NCBI GenBank assembly: GCA_023150875.1
Contig: JAKLKC010000024.1
Location: 9,119 to 73,118, forward strand
Reading direction: 5' to 3'
Length of the DNA stretch: 64,000 bases
DNA from: Myxococcota bacterium
GTDB taxonomy: Bacteria > Myxococcota_A > UBA796 > UBA9615 > JAKLKC01
Shown here in pieces: positions 15,933-25,022 of this stretch. Position 1 is the stretch's first letter. Each line of letters begins with the position of its first letter. The notes beneath the pieces were generated by a model. The model had not been told where the DNA came from, ran no database searches, and worked only from the letters and a program-made list of their open reading frames with translations. The translations under genes and the position numbers were made by a program.

Positions 15933-17500
15933 GGCCCGCCTCCGCGACCCGCCGGCTGGCGTCGTTCCTCGCCCTGGTCCTGGCCGCGCTGTGGATCGGC
16001 GCCCCCGCGGCCCTCGCCGCCGAGGTCCCCTTCGTCGGGCAGGGCAAGGCGAACTACCTCAAGAAGAAGGAGGCGATGCGCGCCCGCTCCGAGGCCCTGG
16101 ACTCCGCCACCGCCGACGCCGTCAAGAAGGCGCTGCCCCGCTACGTCCCCAAGGACATGCTGGCGGAGCGCCAGGAGGAGATCGAGTCCCAGGTGCTCCC
16201 CCTCTCGGTGGGTTTCGTCAAGCGCACCGAGATAGTGAAGGAGGAGGACGTCGACAAGTGCTACACCATCACGGTGAAGGCCTGGATCGACGAGGCCACC
16301 CTGAGGCAGAGCCTGGACGGCCTCGGCTTCAGCCAGGACGTCTCGTCGCGGCGTTCCATCGCGGTGATCGTCGACGAGTTCTTCCAGGGGGACCAGAAGC
16401 CCCAGGACCCCAACACGCCCATCCTCAAGAAGAAGGTGGACATCGAGAAGTACGACGAGTCGTACGACCGCTCGGTGGACGCCAGCCACGACCGCTCCGT
16501 CGACGCCCGGGCGCGCTCGTCGGTGGCGGCGTCCCACGACGCCTCGGTGAACGCCTCGGCCCGCACCTCGGGGGCGGTGGTCACCGGGCGGGGGGCGGCC
16601 TACGGCTCGGCGTCGGGCAGCGTGAGCGCCGCGGAGTCCGACCGCTACGCCGCCAGCCGCAGCGCCTCCTACTCCGAGAAGGAGAAGGACCGCTACAAGG
16701 AGAGGGAGAGCGCCCGCGCCAGCGCGTTCAAGATGCACGTCGAGGAGTACTTCCCCCCGACGCTGCTCCAGATCAAGAGCCCCGATCCCGCCAGCCGCGC
16801 CGCCTTCGAGAAGCGCATGCTGGAGCGGGACGTGCGGATCGTGGACCAGAAGACCGTGGACGCCGTGCGCTCGGAGCTGATCGGCCCCAAGGGGGTCGTC
16901 ACCGACGTGCTCAAGGACGAGCAGATGCTCGCCAAGAAGGCGATGAGCCTCGGCGAGAAGTACGGCGCCGACGCCATCGCCGTGGGCGTGGCGACGGTGG
17001 TGTACGAGGGCGAGAAGGGCGGCGTCCACAGCTCCAAGACGGGCCTCGCCATCCGGGTGATCGACACCGCCACCGGCGACGTGCTCGCCAGCCAGATCGC
17101 GGTGCAGGGGGGCGTCTCCTCCAGCGCCACCGCCTCGGGCCAGAGCTCCGCCACCCGGGTCGGCGACGTGCTGGGCCAGGAGATCTCCGAGCAGCTCTTC
17201 CAGTACTGGAAGAACCGCGACGAGAAGGGCATCGAGGTCACGGTCCGGATCGCCGGCCTCGCCAACACCCGCCAGAAGCTCGCCGCCCTGGACGCCATCA
17301 CCGCCACCGAGGGGGTCGTGGAGGTCGAGGAGAGGTCCTACGACAACCAGAACGGCCTGGTGGAGTTCGTCCTGACCACGAAGCTGAACGTGGCCAAGGT
17401 CAAGAACGGCGTGCTGAGGTCCCTCTACAAGGTCGAGGGGTTGGAGGGCCTGGAGGAGGAGATGTCCCTGGGCGCCAACATCAGCCTCGTCCGCCACTGA
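15929..17500 (+). CDS. Secreted protein (523 aa) with a low-complexity Ser/Ala/Asp middle and a C-terminal alpha/beta domain. Possibly LPP20/CsgG-like.
   Basis: GTG overlaps the upstream stop (GTGA). Signal peptide RRLASFLALVLAALWIGAPAALAAE. The C-terminal region AIAVGVATVVYEGEKGGVHSSKTGLAIRVIDTATGDVLAS resembles LPP20/CsgG/LpoB-type lipoprotein domains. That resemblance is an inference. Confidence 0.5.
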   Translation: MRPASATRRLASFLALVLAALWIGAPAALAAEVPFVGQGKANYLKKKEAMRARSEALDSATADAVKKALPRYVPKDMLAERQEEIESQVLPLSVGFVKRTEIVKEEDVDKCYTITVKAWIDEATLRQSLDGLGFSQDVSSRRSIAVIVDEFFQGDQKPQDPNTPILKKKVDIEKYDESYDRSVDASHDRSVDARARSSVAASHDASVNASARTSGAVVTGRGAAYGSASGSVSAAESDRYAASRSASYSEKEKDRYKERESARASAFKMHVEEYFPPTLLQIKSPDPASRAAFEKRMLERDVRIVDQKTVDAVRSELIGPKGVVTDVLKDEQMLAKKAMSLGEKYGADAIAVGVATVVYEGEKGGVHSSKTGLAIRVIDTATGDVLASQIAVQGGVSSSATASGQSSATRVGDVLGQEISEQLFQYWKNRDEKGIEVTVRIAGLANTRQKLAALDAITATEGVVEVEERSYDNQNGLVEFVLTTKLNVAKVKNGVLRSLYKVEGLEGLEEEMSLGANISLVRH

Positions 17501-17586
17501 CCCGCGCCGGGGAGGTCGGCGCTCCGCCTCCGGCCGGGCGCCGGCCTCCCCTCCCCACCGCCCTTCGTCCCCCTTCCGAGGTCCCC

Positions 17587-19758
17587 ATGCCCTTCCCGCC
17601 GGCCCTCCTCCGCCCGCTCCGCCGCCCGTCCCTGCTCCTGGCGCTGCTGGGGCTCGTGCTCGCCGCCGCGCCCGCCCGGGCCGAGGTCGCCCTGCGCGCC
17701 CTGAGCCCGGTGATGGTCTCGGAGGGAATGCGGAAGGCCGCGGACCCCGCTCTGCGGGCCGCCCTGGAGGAGGTCGCGGGCGGTGCCCTCGCCGGTGCCC
17801 TGGACGCCCGGTTCCCCGAGGCCGCCGCCGCCGGCCGCACCCGGGAGGAGTCGTCGCGGATCCAGCTCGAGCTCCAGGACCTGCTCCACCTGGGCCTGAG
17901 GCTGTCCCGGGCCCAGCTCCGCACCATCCACTTCGGCGAGGACCGCACCGACTTCCAGCTCTCGGTGACCGGCACCCTGTTCATCGTGAACCTGGGCACC
18001 GGCGAGGTCCTGGACGCCCGCTCCGTCACCTCGAAGACGACCTCCAAGAAGTCGGGGCGTGTGGCGGCTCCGCCCCGGGACGTGGTGGAGGCCCTGGCGG
18101 AGGCGGGGGCGAAGCAGCTCGTGGGGGAGCTGGCGGGGCGGCTCGCCAAAGACTTCCGGCCCGGCCGCATCGAGGCCCGGGTCGCCGACACCCACCGGGG
18201 GGCGCTGGTCCTGGCCCGGGGCTACATGGACGGCGCCTACAACGGCGAGGTCTTCCAGCTCCCCTCGGACGACGGCAAGCCGCCCCGCACCTTCCAGGTC
18301 TTCCAGACCCAGGAGAAGCTCAGCCTCGCACGGCCCACGTCGGCGGGGGGGCTGCCCAAGGCGGGGACGGTCCTGGCGCGGATCGGCATGACGGCCAGCG
18401 CCGGCAACACGCCCCGGCTGATGGTGGCCCGGGCCGAGGGGGAAGGGGAGGCGGTGCGGGGCGTGGCCCCCGAGGACATCGACCAGTGGGCCGAGGACCT
18501 GCTGGCCGACTCCGGCTTCGTGGTGCTGCCGTCGGCGGGGGACCTCGTGCGGGCGCAGCTCGCCGAGGCGGCCCGGGTGGACGTGGCCGAGAAGGCGCTG
18601 GTGGGGGCGCAGGTGCAGCCGGACCTGCTGGTGGTGGCGCGCATGGAGAGGGCGACGCTGACCTCGTCCTTCGACGAGAAGACCTCGTCGGACCTTATGA
18701 TCGCCGAGGTGACGGCGTCCCTCTCCTTCGTGGACGTCCGCAGCGGCGCCGTGCTGTACGGCACCGACGCGACGGAGAAGCGGCAGGACTACGTGCAGGA
18801 GGGCGGCAAGCAGTTCGACGCCGACGACCTCTTCCCCGGCCTGGCCAAGGACGCGGTGCTGGCGGCGGCCAAGAAGGCGGCGGCGGGCTTCAAGCCCCGG
18901 CGCGCCTCGGCCAAGGCGACGGCGGCGACGCCGAGCCGCCTGTCGTGGTCGGTGCAGGACATCCCCTTCGGGGTGGGGACCGTCGCCGAGGTCTACCGGG
19001 GGGCCAAGGAGGTCAAGGACGGCAAGGGGGGCTCCCTCGGCTTCGTGGAGGAGCTGGTGGGCACGGCCCGGGTGGTGGAGTCGGACGGCAAGAAGGAGAA
19101 GGCGCAGCCGATGGTGCTGGCCACCGCCGCCGTCCCCGGCCTCCGGCTGAAGGCGGTGGCGGGGACGGCGACCAGCGACGCCCGCCTGGTGGCCCTGGGG
19201 GAGGTCCGCCTCCAGTCGTCCCCGGGCTCGGCGGTCCGGGTGCGGGTCGGGGACCGGGAGCGCGACCACGCCCGCACCGCCCTCTACGGCAGCGGCGCGT
19301 TCCAGGCGGTGGTGGACGGCGACCTGGCCCGGCGCCTGGACACCGCCTCGTCCTTCCTCAACTCCGGGGCCTTCGCCGCGGGGGGAGACGCCGTGGCGGA
19401 GGTGAAGGCGGCCTCCCCCACCCATCGCTGGGACGTCGAGGCGACGGTGACGGTGGGGGCCCTGGAGAAGAAAGGGGGCAAGCTGGCGCGCACCCTGCGG
19501 GCGGACGTCGCCGTCAGCCTGGTGGACGCCGAGAGCGGCCAGCCGGTGACCCTGAAGCGTCCCAACGGCGAGACCATGACCCGCTACACGAACTACTACC
19601 TGGAGCGGACCCTCTCCGCCCGCGAGAAGAAGGGGGTGGTCGCCGTGGGTCTCGCCGACGACGATATGCCCGCGGCGGTGGAGGTCCTGCTCCTGGACGC
19701 CTTCCGCGAGGCGGCCAGCCGCACCCGGAAGCTGGCGGACGCGGGCCAGTCCCCCTGA
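17587..19758 (+). CDS. Secreted protein (723 aa) of unknown function. Third gene of the operon.
   Basis: Signal peptide MPFPPALLRPLRRPSLLLALLGLVLAAAPARAEV. Repeated alpha/beta modules, for example RMERATLTSSFDEKTSSDLMIAEVTASLSFVDVRSG. No enzyme motif. Confidence 0.5.
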   Translation: MPFPPALLRPLRRPSLLLALLGLVLAAAPARAEVALRALSPVMVSEGMRKAADPALRAALEEVAGGALAGALDARFPEAAAAGRTREESSRIQLELQDLLHLGLRLSRAQLRTIHFGEDRTDFQLSVTGTLFIVNLGTGEVLDARSVTSKTTSKKSGRVAAPPRDVVEALAEAGAKQLVGELAGRLAKDFRPGRIEARVADTHRGALVLARGYMDGAYNGEVFQLPSDDGKPPRTFQVFQTQEKLSLARPTSAGGLPKAGTVLARIGMTASAGNTPRLMVARAEGEGEAVRGVAPEDIDQWAEDLLADSGFVVLPSAGDLVRAQLAEAARVDVAEKALVGAQVQPDLLVVARMERATLTSSFDEKTSSDLMIAEVTASLSFVDVRSGAVLYGTDATEKRQDYVQEGGKQFDADDLFPGLAKDAVLAAAKKAAAGFKPRRASAKATAATPSRLSWSVQDIPFGVGTVAEVYRGAKEVKDGKGGSLGFVEELVGTARVVESDGKKEKAQPMVLATAAVPGLRLKAVAGTATSDARLVALGEVRLQSSPGSAVRVRVGDRERDHARTALYGSGAFQAVVDGDLARRLDTASSFLNSGAFAAGGDAVAEVKAASPTHRWDVEATVTVGALEKKGGKLARTLRADVAVSLVDAESGQPVTLKRPNGETMTRYTNYYLERTLSAREKKGVVAVGLADDDMPAAVEVLLLDAFREAASRTRKLADAGQSP

Positions 19759-19914
19759 TCGCCGCGAGTCCGCCGCGCCAAGGGGCAAGGGGGACGGAGC
19801 GCCCGCTGGGGTGGACCGAGGGGCGGAGACCGCCCGACCTCTCCCGCGGGGTCCGAGGACGGCGGGAGCCCGTGTGGTGTGTTCGCGCGAGAACAACCCC
19901 GGTATCCGCCGCAG

Positions 19915-19947
19915 GCGCTTGCATCCAGCGGGGTTGGCTGCAAGCGA
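19915..19947. terminator. Hairpin (8-bp stem CGCTTGCA/TGCAAGCG, 15-nt loop) in the convergent intergenic region. Possible terminator or regulatory stem-loop.
   Basis: The inverted repeat is seen directly. There is no U-tract, which is common in high-GC genomes. Confidence 0.2.
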
Positions 19948-20195
19948 CGCCCATCGCCCGCGGACCTTCTCGGTGGTCAACCTGGAGTTGGAGGCGGAGG
20001 AGCGGATCGGGGAGACCCGGGTGCTGTGGCGGCCGGTGGAGGCCCTGGCAGCGGTGGAGGAGGTGCTGTGGGGGAGAGGCTGAGCCGACGGCCCCCACCG
20101 ACCGCGAAGGGAAGGGAGTGGTCGCCTTGGACATCGCCGAGGGCGGTGTGCGTCCGAGGGGTGCCCTCCGGACCCTTGCCCGGTGGAACACCCTG

Positions 20196-21611
20196 TCAGG
20201 GCTGCGCGAAGGCCGCCATGAAGGGCGCGCGCCCCGTCGGGTTGGCGCCGGTGAGGGTGCCCACGCTTCCGCCGAGGTCGAGGTCGTGCTCCATGAAGCC
20301 GGCCAGGACGACGGTGCCGTCGTCCGCCACGGCCATCATCGTGTTGAGGTTGTCGGCGTCCATCGGGTACAGCGCGCTCCAACGGGGGGCGCCGGTGGCC
20401 CCGTCGAAGGACGCGAGGAAGAGGGCGTCGCCCCCGGCGCCGGCGGCGCCGCAGCCGGCGTCGAAGTCCTCGTCGGCCGTCGTGGTGTTGCCGGCGACGT
20501 AGACGTTGCCCAGGGCGTCGAAGGCGACGGCCTGGACCTCGGAGTTCACGTAGCCTCCGAACCGGTGGACCCAGGCGAGGCCGCCTTCGTTGTCGTAGAG
20601 CACGACGTACCAGCCGTCGACCTGCCCGGTGTCGCCGCCGAAGTCGCTGGCCATGTAGCCGGTGCCCGCCATGGCCCAGTACCCCGAGCCGTGGCTCGCG
20701 ACCCGGTCGGCGGCGGGACCCTCGAAGGGGGCGAACATGTCCGGGACGCCGTCGGGATCCAGGCGGACGACGAAGCGGCCGCTCGGCGTGCCGATACCCA
20801 GGTCGACGCCGGACTCGCCCTCGGTGATCACGTAGGTGCCGCAGGCGTCCCCGGCGACGTCGTCGATCTCCTGCGTGGCCTCGTCACCCCACGCCCCGCT
20901 CCAGACGTGGTCGCCCGCGGAGTCGAGGCGAAACGCGGCGAGGTCCTTGCCGCCGCCGTGGGGGAGGGTCCCGCCGCCCAGGTCCACCGCCGCCTCGACG
21001 TAGCCGGCGAGCACCACGCCGCCGTCCCGCTGCACGACCATGCCCAGCTTGGTGAGGTCGTCGTCGTCCACGAGGACGCCGGTGCTCGCCCCCGTGCCGT
21101 CGGCGGCGGACAGGCGCCAGACCTCGTGCTTCACCGCGATCAGGCTCCCCGTATCATCGAAGTCGAGGGCCTCGATCCGCCAGATGTCGTCGCGCCGCCA
21201 CCGCTCGTTCCCCGTCGCCACGTCGACGGCGATGAGCGACTCGGCCCCCACGTAGGCGGTCCCCCCGTCCACGAGCAGAGCGAGGGGCTCCTCGCCCTCC
21301 CACGAGGTCGCCCAAAGCGCGGACGGCGAGCCGGAGCACGCCGCGCCGGCGTCGCCTCCGTGGCCGGTACCGTCGCAGGTGGACGGGGGCTCGGTGGTGT
21401 CGTCGTCGCCGCCGGTGTCGTCGTCGCCGCCGGTGTCGTCGTCGCCGCCGGTGTCGTCGTCGCCGCCGGTGTCGTCGTCGCCGCCGGTGTCGTCGTCGCC
21501 CCCGGCGTCGTCGTCGTCGCCGGTCGGGCCGCAGCCGGCCGGGCCCAGGGGGGAGGAGACGAGGGCGGCGAGGAGGAGGAGGGCGGGGGTAGGCGAGGAC
21601 GTGGAGCTCAT
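20196..21611 (-). CDS. Lipoprotein with an N-terminal acidic (DDDTGG)x6 repeat linker and a beta-propeller-like body.
   Basis: ATG at 21611 with GGAGGA 7 nt upstream. Lipobox LGPAGC. Then GPTGDDDDAGGDDDTGGDDDTGG... follows. No enzyme motif. Confidence 0.6.
   Translation of the reverse strand: MSSTSSPTPALLLLAALVSSPLGPAGCGPTGDDDDAGGDDDTGGDDDTGGDDDTGGDDDTGGDDDTGGDDDTTEPPSTCDGTGHGGDAGAACSGSPSALWATSWEGEEPLALLVDGGTAYVGAESLIAVDVATGNERWRRDDIWRIEALDFDDTGSLIAVKHEVWRLSAADGTGASTGVLVDDDDLTKLGMVVQRDGGVVLAGYVEAAVDLGGGTLPHGGGKDLAAFRLDSAGDHVWSGAWGDEATQEIDDVAGDACGTYVITEGESGVDLGIGTPSGRFVVRLDPDGVPDMFAPFEGPAADRVASHGSGYWAMAGTGYMASDFGGDTGQVDGWYVVLYDNEGGLAWVHRFGGYVNSEVQAVAFDALGNVYVAGNTTTADEDFDAGCGAAGAGGDALFLASFDGATGAPRWSALYPMDADNLNTMMAVADDGTVVLAGFMEHDLDLGGSVGTLTGANPTGRAPFMAAFAQP
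21404..21525. repeat. Perfect 18-nt tandem repeat (GTCGTCGCCGCCGGTGTC)x6, coding for DDDTGG on the minus strand.
   Basis: The repeat is seen directly in the sequence. Confidence 0.9.
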
Positions 21612-21806
21612 GGGGATCCTCCAATTCGTGGTGCGTGGGGGCACCTCCCTTCAGCGAGCAGAGTCTACCGCACGCGAGAGCGACCGTGGAGGTACCCCGT
21701 GGGCTCGGGTATGGTGGTCGTGTGTGACTCCGCACCGCGCGGGCCCGCCGCCGGGCGGGCGCCACCGGCGCCGACCTCGATGTTCCCCCGGCCCCCCTGA
21801 ACCCGC

Positions 21807-24800
21807 ATGGGGTCTTCCCATGCGGCCGAACACGGATCCGTGACGGCTCCGCCCTCGCCCCCCTGGCTCCTTCCGTTCTGCGACGCCCGCCGCGTCCGGC
21901 CCGCCGGGTGGGCGTTCCTGTTCTTGCTATACGGCACGGCCGCGATCCTGAGGATCGCCTGCTGGACCGAGCACCCCGCCGTCGCGGAGACCCTCTTCGT
22001 CGGCTCCGCCGCCGACATGTTCACCCGGGGGGAGGCGAGGTGGCCTTGGGAGCTCACCCAGGAGCCCTACGCCCTCGGGCCCGGGCTGGAGGCGATGGGC
22101 CTCGCCCTGGCGCACCCCCTCCTGGGGGAGAGGCTGCTGGCGGTGCGGGTGCTGGGGGCCCTGGCGGACCTGGTCACCACCGGGGTCGTGGTGGGCGTCT
22201 TCTCCCGCCTCTCCGGGGGGCCGACGGCCCTCCTGGTGGGCCTCGCGCTGGTCCTCGCCCCCGGCGCCGTCGCGGACCATCGCTACTACTGGGGAGTGCC
22301 CCACGCCCGGCAGTGGCTCTACGCGGCCCCCGCGCTGCTGGCCCTGGCCACCCTGCGGGACACCCCCGCCCCGAGGGCGATCCGCCGGTCGGCCCTCGCC
22401 GCCGTCGCGGGGCTGCTCCTGGGGCTCGGGTGCGCCGCGTACCTCCTGTTCGGCCTGGTGGCCCTGGCCTTCGGAGTCCTGGCCGCCTCGGGGTGGCTGG
22501 GGCCGCTCCGGCCGCGGGAGATCGCCGCCGCCGCCGCGGGCTTCGCCCTGGGGCTCTCCCCCCTCGGCCTGGCCCTCGAGGTCTCGGCGGTCCAGGGGGC
22601 GGGCGCGGACCCGGGCCGCTTCGCGGAGCTGGTCCGGTTCCACCTGCTCTCGCCCCAGCGGCTGCTCCTGCCCATCGGCTTCCCCGCCATCACCTTCCCC
22701 CTCCCCTGGGACGTGGGCGCGGGGTCCACCGCCCTCCGGGCCGCCCTGGCCCTGGTGGTCTCCGTCCCCACCCTCGCCTGCGCCGTCCGGGTGGGGAGGT
22801 CCCTCGCCCGGGCGCCGCGCCCCGATCGCGCCTCCCTGCCCCTCGCCGAGGGGGCGGCGGTGGTCCTCATCGCCGTCGTCGCCCTCTTCGGCCTCGGCCC
22901 GGCGACGCCCCCGTTCACGACCCTGCCGGGCACCACGGGCCGGTACGCCGTGGTGCTCTTCCCCGGGGCGGCGCTGCTGGCGGCCCGGGTGGCGCTCGAC
23001 GCCTCCGCGGCCCGCTGGATGCGGGCGGCGCTGCCGCTGGGGCTGGTCTCGGGGCTGGCGGTGCTGGGCATCGACGCCGCGCGGGGGCCGACCCCGGGGG
23101 TCCTGGAGCGCCCCGACGGCTCGGCGATCTGGCTGGCCCGCCACGACCGGCGCGTGGGAGCGAGCGGGGAGGAGGTCGCGGGGCGCCTGCTCGCGCGCGG
23201 GCCCGGGGACCGCTGGGGCTACGCCTTCGGCGCGGGGATCGAGGCGAGCTCGAGCCCCGGGGAGCCGCCGCCTCCCACCGCCGTCATCGCCGAGGATCCG
23301 GGCCTCGCGGACGCCTACGTCGCGGGGATCTGCTTCGGGTGGACCCTCTTCCGGAACGGCGTGGTGGGGGTCGGGGTGGCCCACGCGGTGGCGGTGCCCT
23401 CCCCCGAGCCCCCCTCCCACGCTGACGCCGGGCGGTTCCCGGCCGCCTGCGCCGCGGGCATCGCCGAGTACGTGCGCTACGCCGTCCCCGCCGGGGACCA
23501 GGACGAGGCCGCCGCCGCCGCCGCCGAGGCATTGGGCCCGATGGGCGACGCGCTCCGGGAGGCGTGGCGGAGGATGCCGGCGGAACACCTCTTCGCCCGG
23601 AGGGTGGACGCGGCGGAGCTCCGCGCCCGGGGGCTGGCGGCCGTGGGGGGGCGACCCGCCGGACTCGGGGGGGCCGCGGAGAGCGGGGGTGAGACGACGG
23701 GTTGCGGCCCGCCGTCGGAAGGGGGCGAGGCGAGCCCCGATCCGACGACCCTGGTGGTGGTCCACAGCGTCACGGGCCGGACGGCGCGGGTGGGAGCGGA
23801 GATCGCGGCGATGCTGGGGGCGCCGTGCGTCCGCTACCGCGACGCGCCCCCCCTCCCGGGCTACGCCCCCGGGTCGGGGGGAGCCCTCGCCGAGGTCCTC
23901 CCGACCCTCCGCCTGGATGGGGTGAGGGAACTCTACGTGGGGTTCCCCATCTGGGCGGAGGGGCCGGCTCCCCCCGCCCTCGCCTTCCTGGAGCGCCTGG
24001 ACCTGGCCGGGATCCGGGTCGTGCCCTTCTACACGTTCACCCACTACGCGGCGCCCGGCGCGCTGGCGGCCCTGGCGGACGCGGTGCGCCGAAGGGGGGG
24101 CTCGACCGCCCCGCCGCAGGGGTTCCTGTTCCCCCTGGCCGCCACCGACGACGATGTCGCCGCCGCCGCCCACCGGGCCATCCTGGGGCGCCCCGACCTG
24201 TGGAGCAGGGGGCGTACCGCCCGCGGGCCGGCGCCGTCCCCGGGTTGCGCCCCGGGACCGGAGGCCCACGGCGCGCCCCTGTGCGCGGTCCCCGAGGGGG
24301 ACGCCTGGCTCGGCGACGATGGCTCGCCGGGCAGCCCGAGGGGCTACCCGCCGCCCCGGCGGGTGCGGGTGCCCGCCTTTCGCGTCGACCGCCACGAGGT
24401 GACCATCGCCCAGTACGCGCGGTGCGTGGACGCCGGGGGTTGCCCCCCCGTCGCCCTGGACTCCATGGCGTGCCGCCCCCTCGGGGCCCTGGAGCCGGAG
24501 CTGCCCCTGCCCTGCGCGTCGGAGCGGGACGCCCGGGCCTATTGCGGCTGGGCGGGCCTGCGGCTGCCCACCGAGGCGGAGTGGATCCGGGCCGCCCGGG
24601 GCGAGTCCGCCACCCCGCGGCCGTGGGGGGAGGACCTGGGCGATCCCTCGACGCCGCTCCGCGCCAACCTGGGCGGGAAGGCGGGGACCACCCTGCCCCA
24701 CTACTCCCTGGTGCCCGACGAGCTCCCCTGGCCCGACGACGGCTTCCCCGGACTCGCGCCCCCCTGCGCCTTCCCCGCCGGCGAGAGCCCCTTCGGCGCC

Positions 24801-25022
24801 TGCGACCTGGTGGGGAACCTGGCGGAGTGGGTCGACGGAGCCCCCTCCCCCGGGCCGGGTTGGCTGAAGGGGGGGAGCTGGATGGACGCCGACCCCGCCG
24901 CGCTGCGGATCGGCTCCCGGGCCTCCCTGTCCCGGGACTTCGGCATGTACCTGACGGGGTTCCGGTGTGCGGGGCCGGCGGTGGGCGCTGGCGGGGGACC
25001 TCCGGGAGGGGGCGGCGGGTGA
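21807..25022 (+). CDS. Fusion protein. N-terminal polytopic membrane domain (GT-C/PMT-ArnT-like), a central domain, and a C-terminal FGE-sulfatase (SUMF1/formylglycine-generating-enzyme family) domain. 1071 aa.
   Basis: The first 330 aa contain many TM helices. The C-terminus RVRVPAFRVDRHEVTIAQYARCV...CGWAGLRLPTEAEWIRAARG...GNLAEWVDG...GGSWMDADPAALRIGSRASLSRDFGMYLTGFRCA matches the FGE-sulfatase domain motifs. Confidence 0.7.
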   Translation: MGSSHAAEHGSVTAPPSPPWLLPFCDARRVRPAGWAFLFLLYGTAAILRIACWTEHPAVAETLFVGSAADMFTRGEARWPWELTQEPYALGPGLEAMGLALAHPLLGERLLAVRVLGALADLVTTGVVVGVFSRLSGGPTALLVGLALVLAPGAVADHRYYWGVPHARQWLYAAPALLALATLRDTPAPRAIRRSALAAVAGLLLGLGCAAYLLFGLVALAFGVLAASGWLGPLRPREIAAAAAGFALGLSPLGLALEVSAVQGAGADPGRFAELVRFHLLSPQRLLLPIGFPAITFPLPWDVGAGSTALRAALALVVSVPTLACAVRVGRSLARAPRPDRASLPLAEGAAVVLIAVVALFGLGPATPPFTTLPGTTGRYAVVLFPGAALLAARVALDASAARWMRAALPLGLVSGLAVLGIDAARGPTPGVLERPDGSAIWLARHDRRVGASGEEVAGRLLARGPGDRWGYAFGAGIEASSSPGEPPPPTAVIAEDPGLADAYVAGICFGWTLFRNGVVGVGVAHAVAVPSPEPPSHADAGRFPAACAAGIAEYVRYAVPAGDQDEAAAAAAEALGPMGDALREAWRRMPAEHLFARRVDAAELRARGLAAVGGRPAGLGGAAESGGETTGCGPPSEGGEASPDPTTLVVVHSVTGRTARVGAEIAAMLGAPCVRYRDAPPLPGYAPGSGGALAEVLPTLRLDGVRELYVGFPIWAEGPAPPALAFLERLDLAGIRVVPFYTFTHYAAPGALAALADAVRRRGGSTAPPQGFLFPLAATDDDVAAAAHRAILGRPDLWSRGRTARGPAPSPGCAPGPEAHGAPLCAVPEGDAWLGDDGSPGSPRGYPPPRRVRVPAFRVDRHEVTIAQYARCVDAGGCPPVALDSMACRPLGALEPELPLPCASERDARAYCGWAGLRLPTEAEWIRAARGESATPRPWGEDLGDPSTPLRANLGGKAGTTLPHYSLVPDELPWPDDGFPGLAPPCAFPAGESPFGACDLVGNLAEWVDGAPSPGPGWLKGGSWMDADPAALRIGSRASLSRDFGMYLTGFRCAGPAVGAGGGPPGGGGG

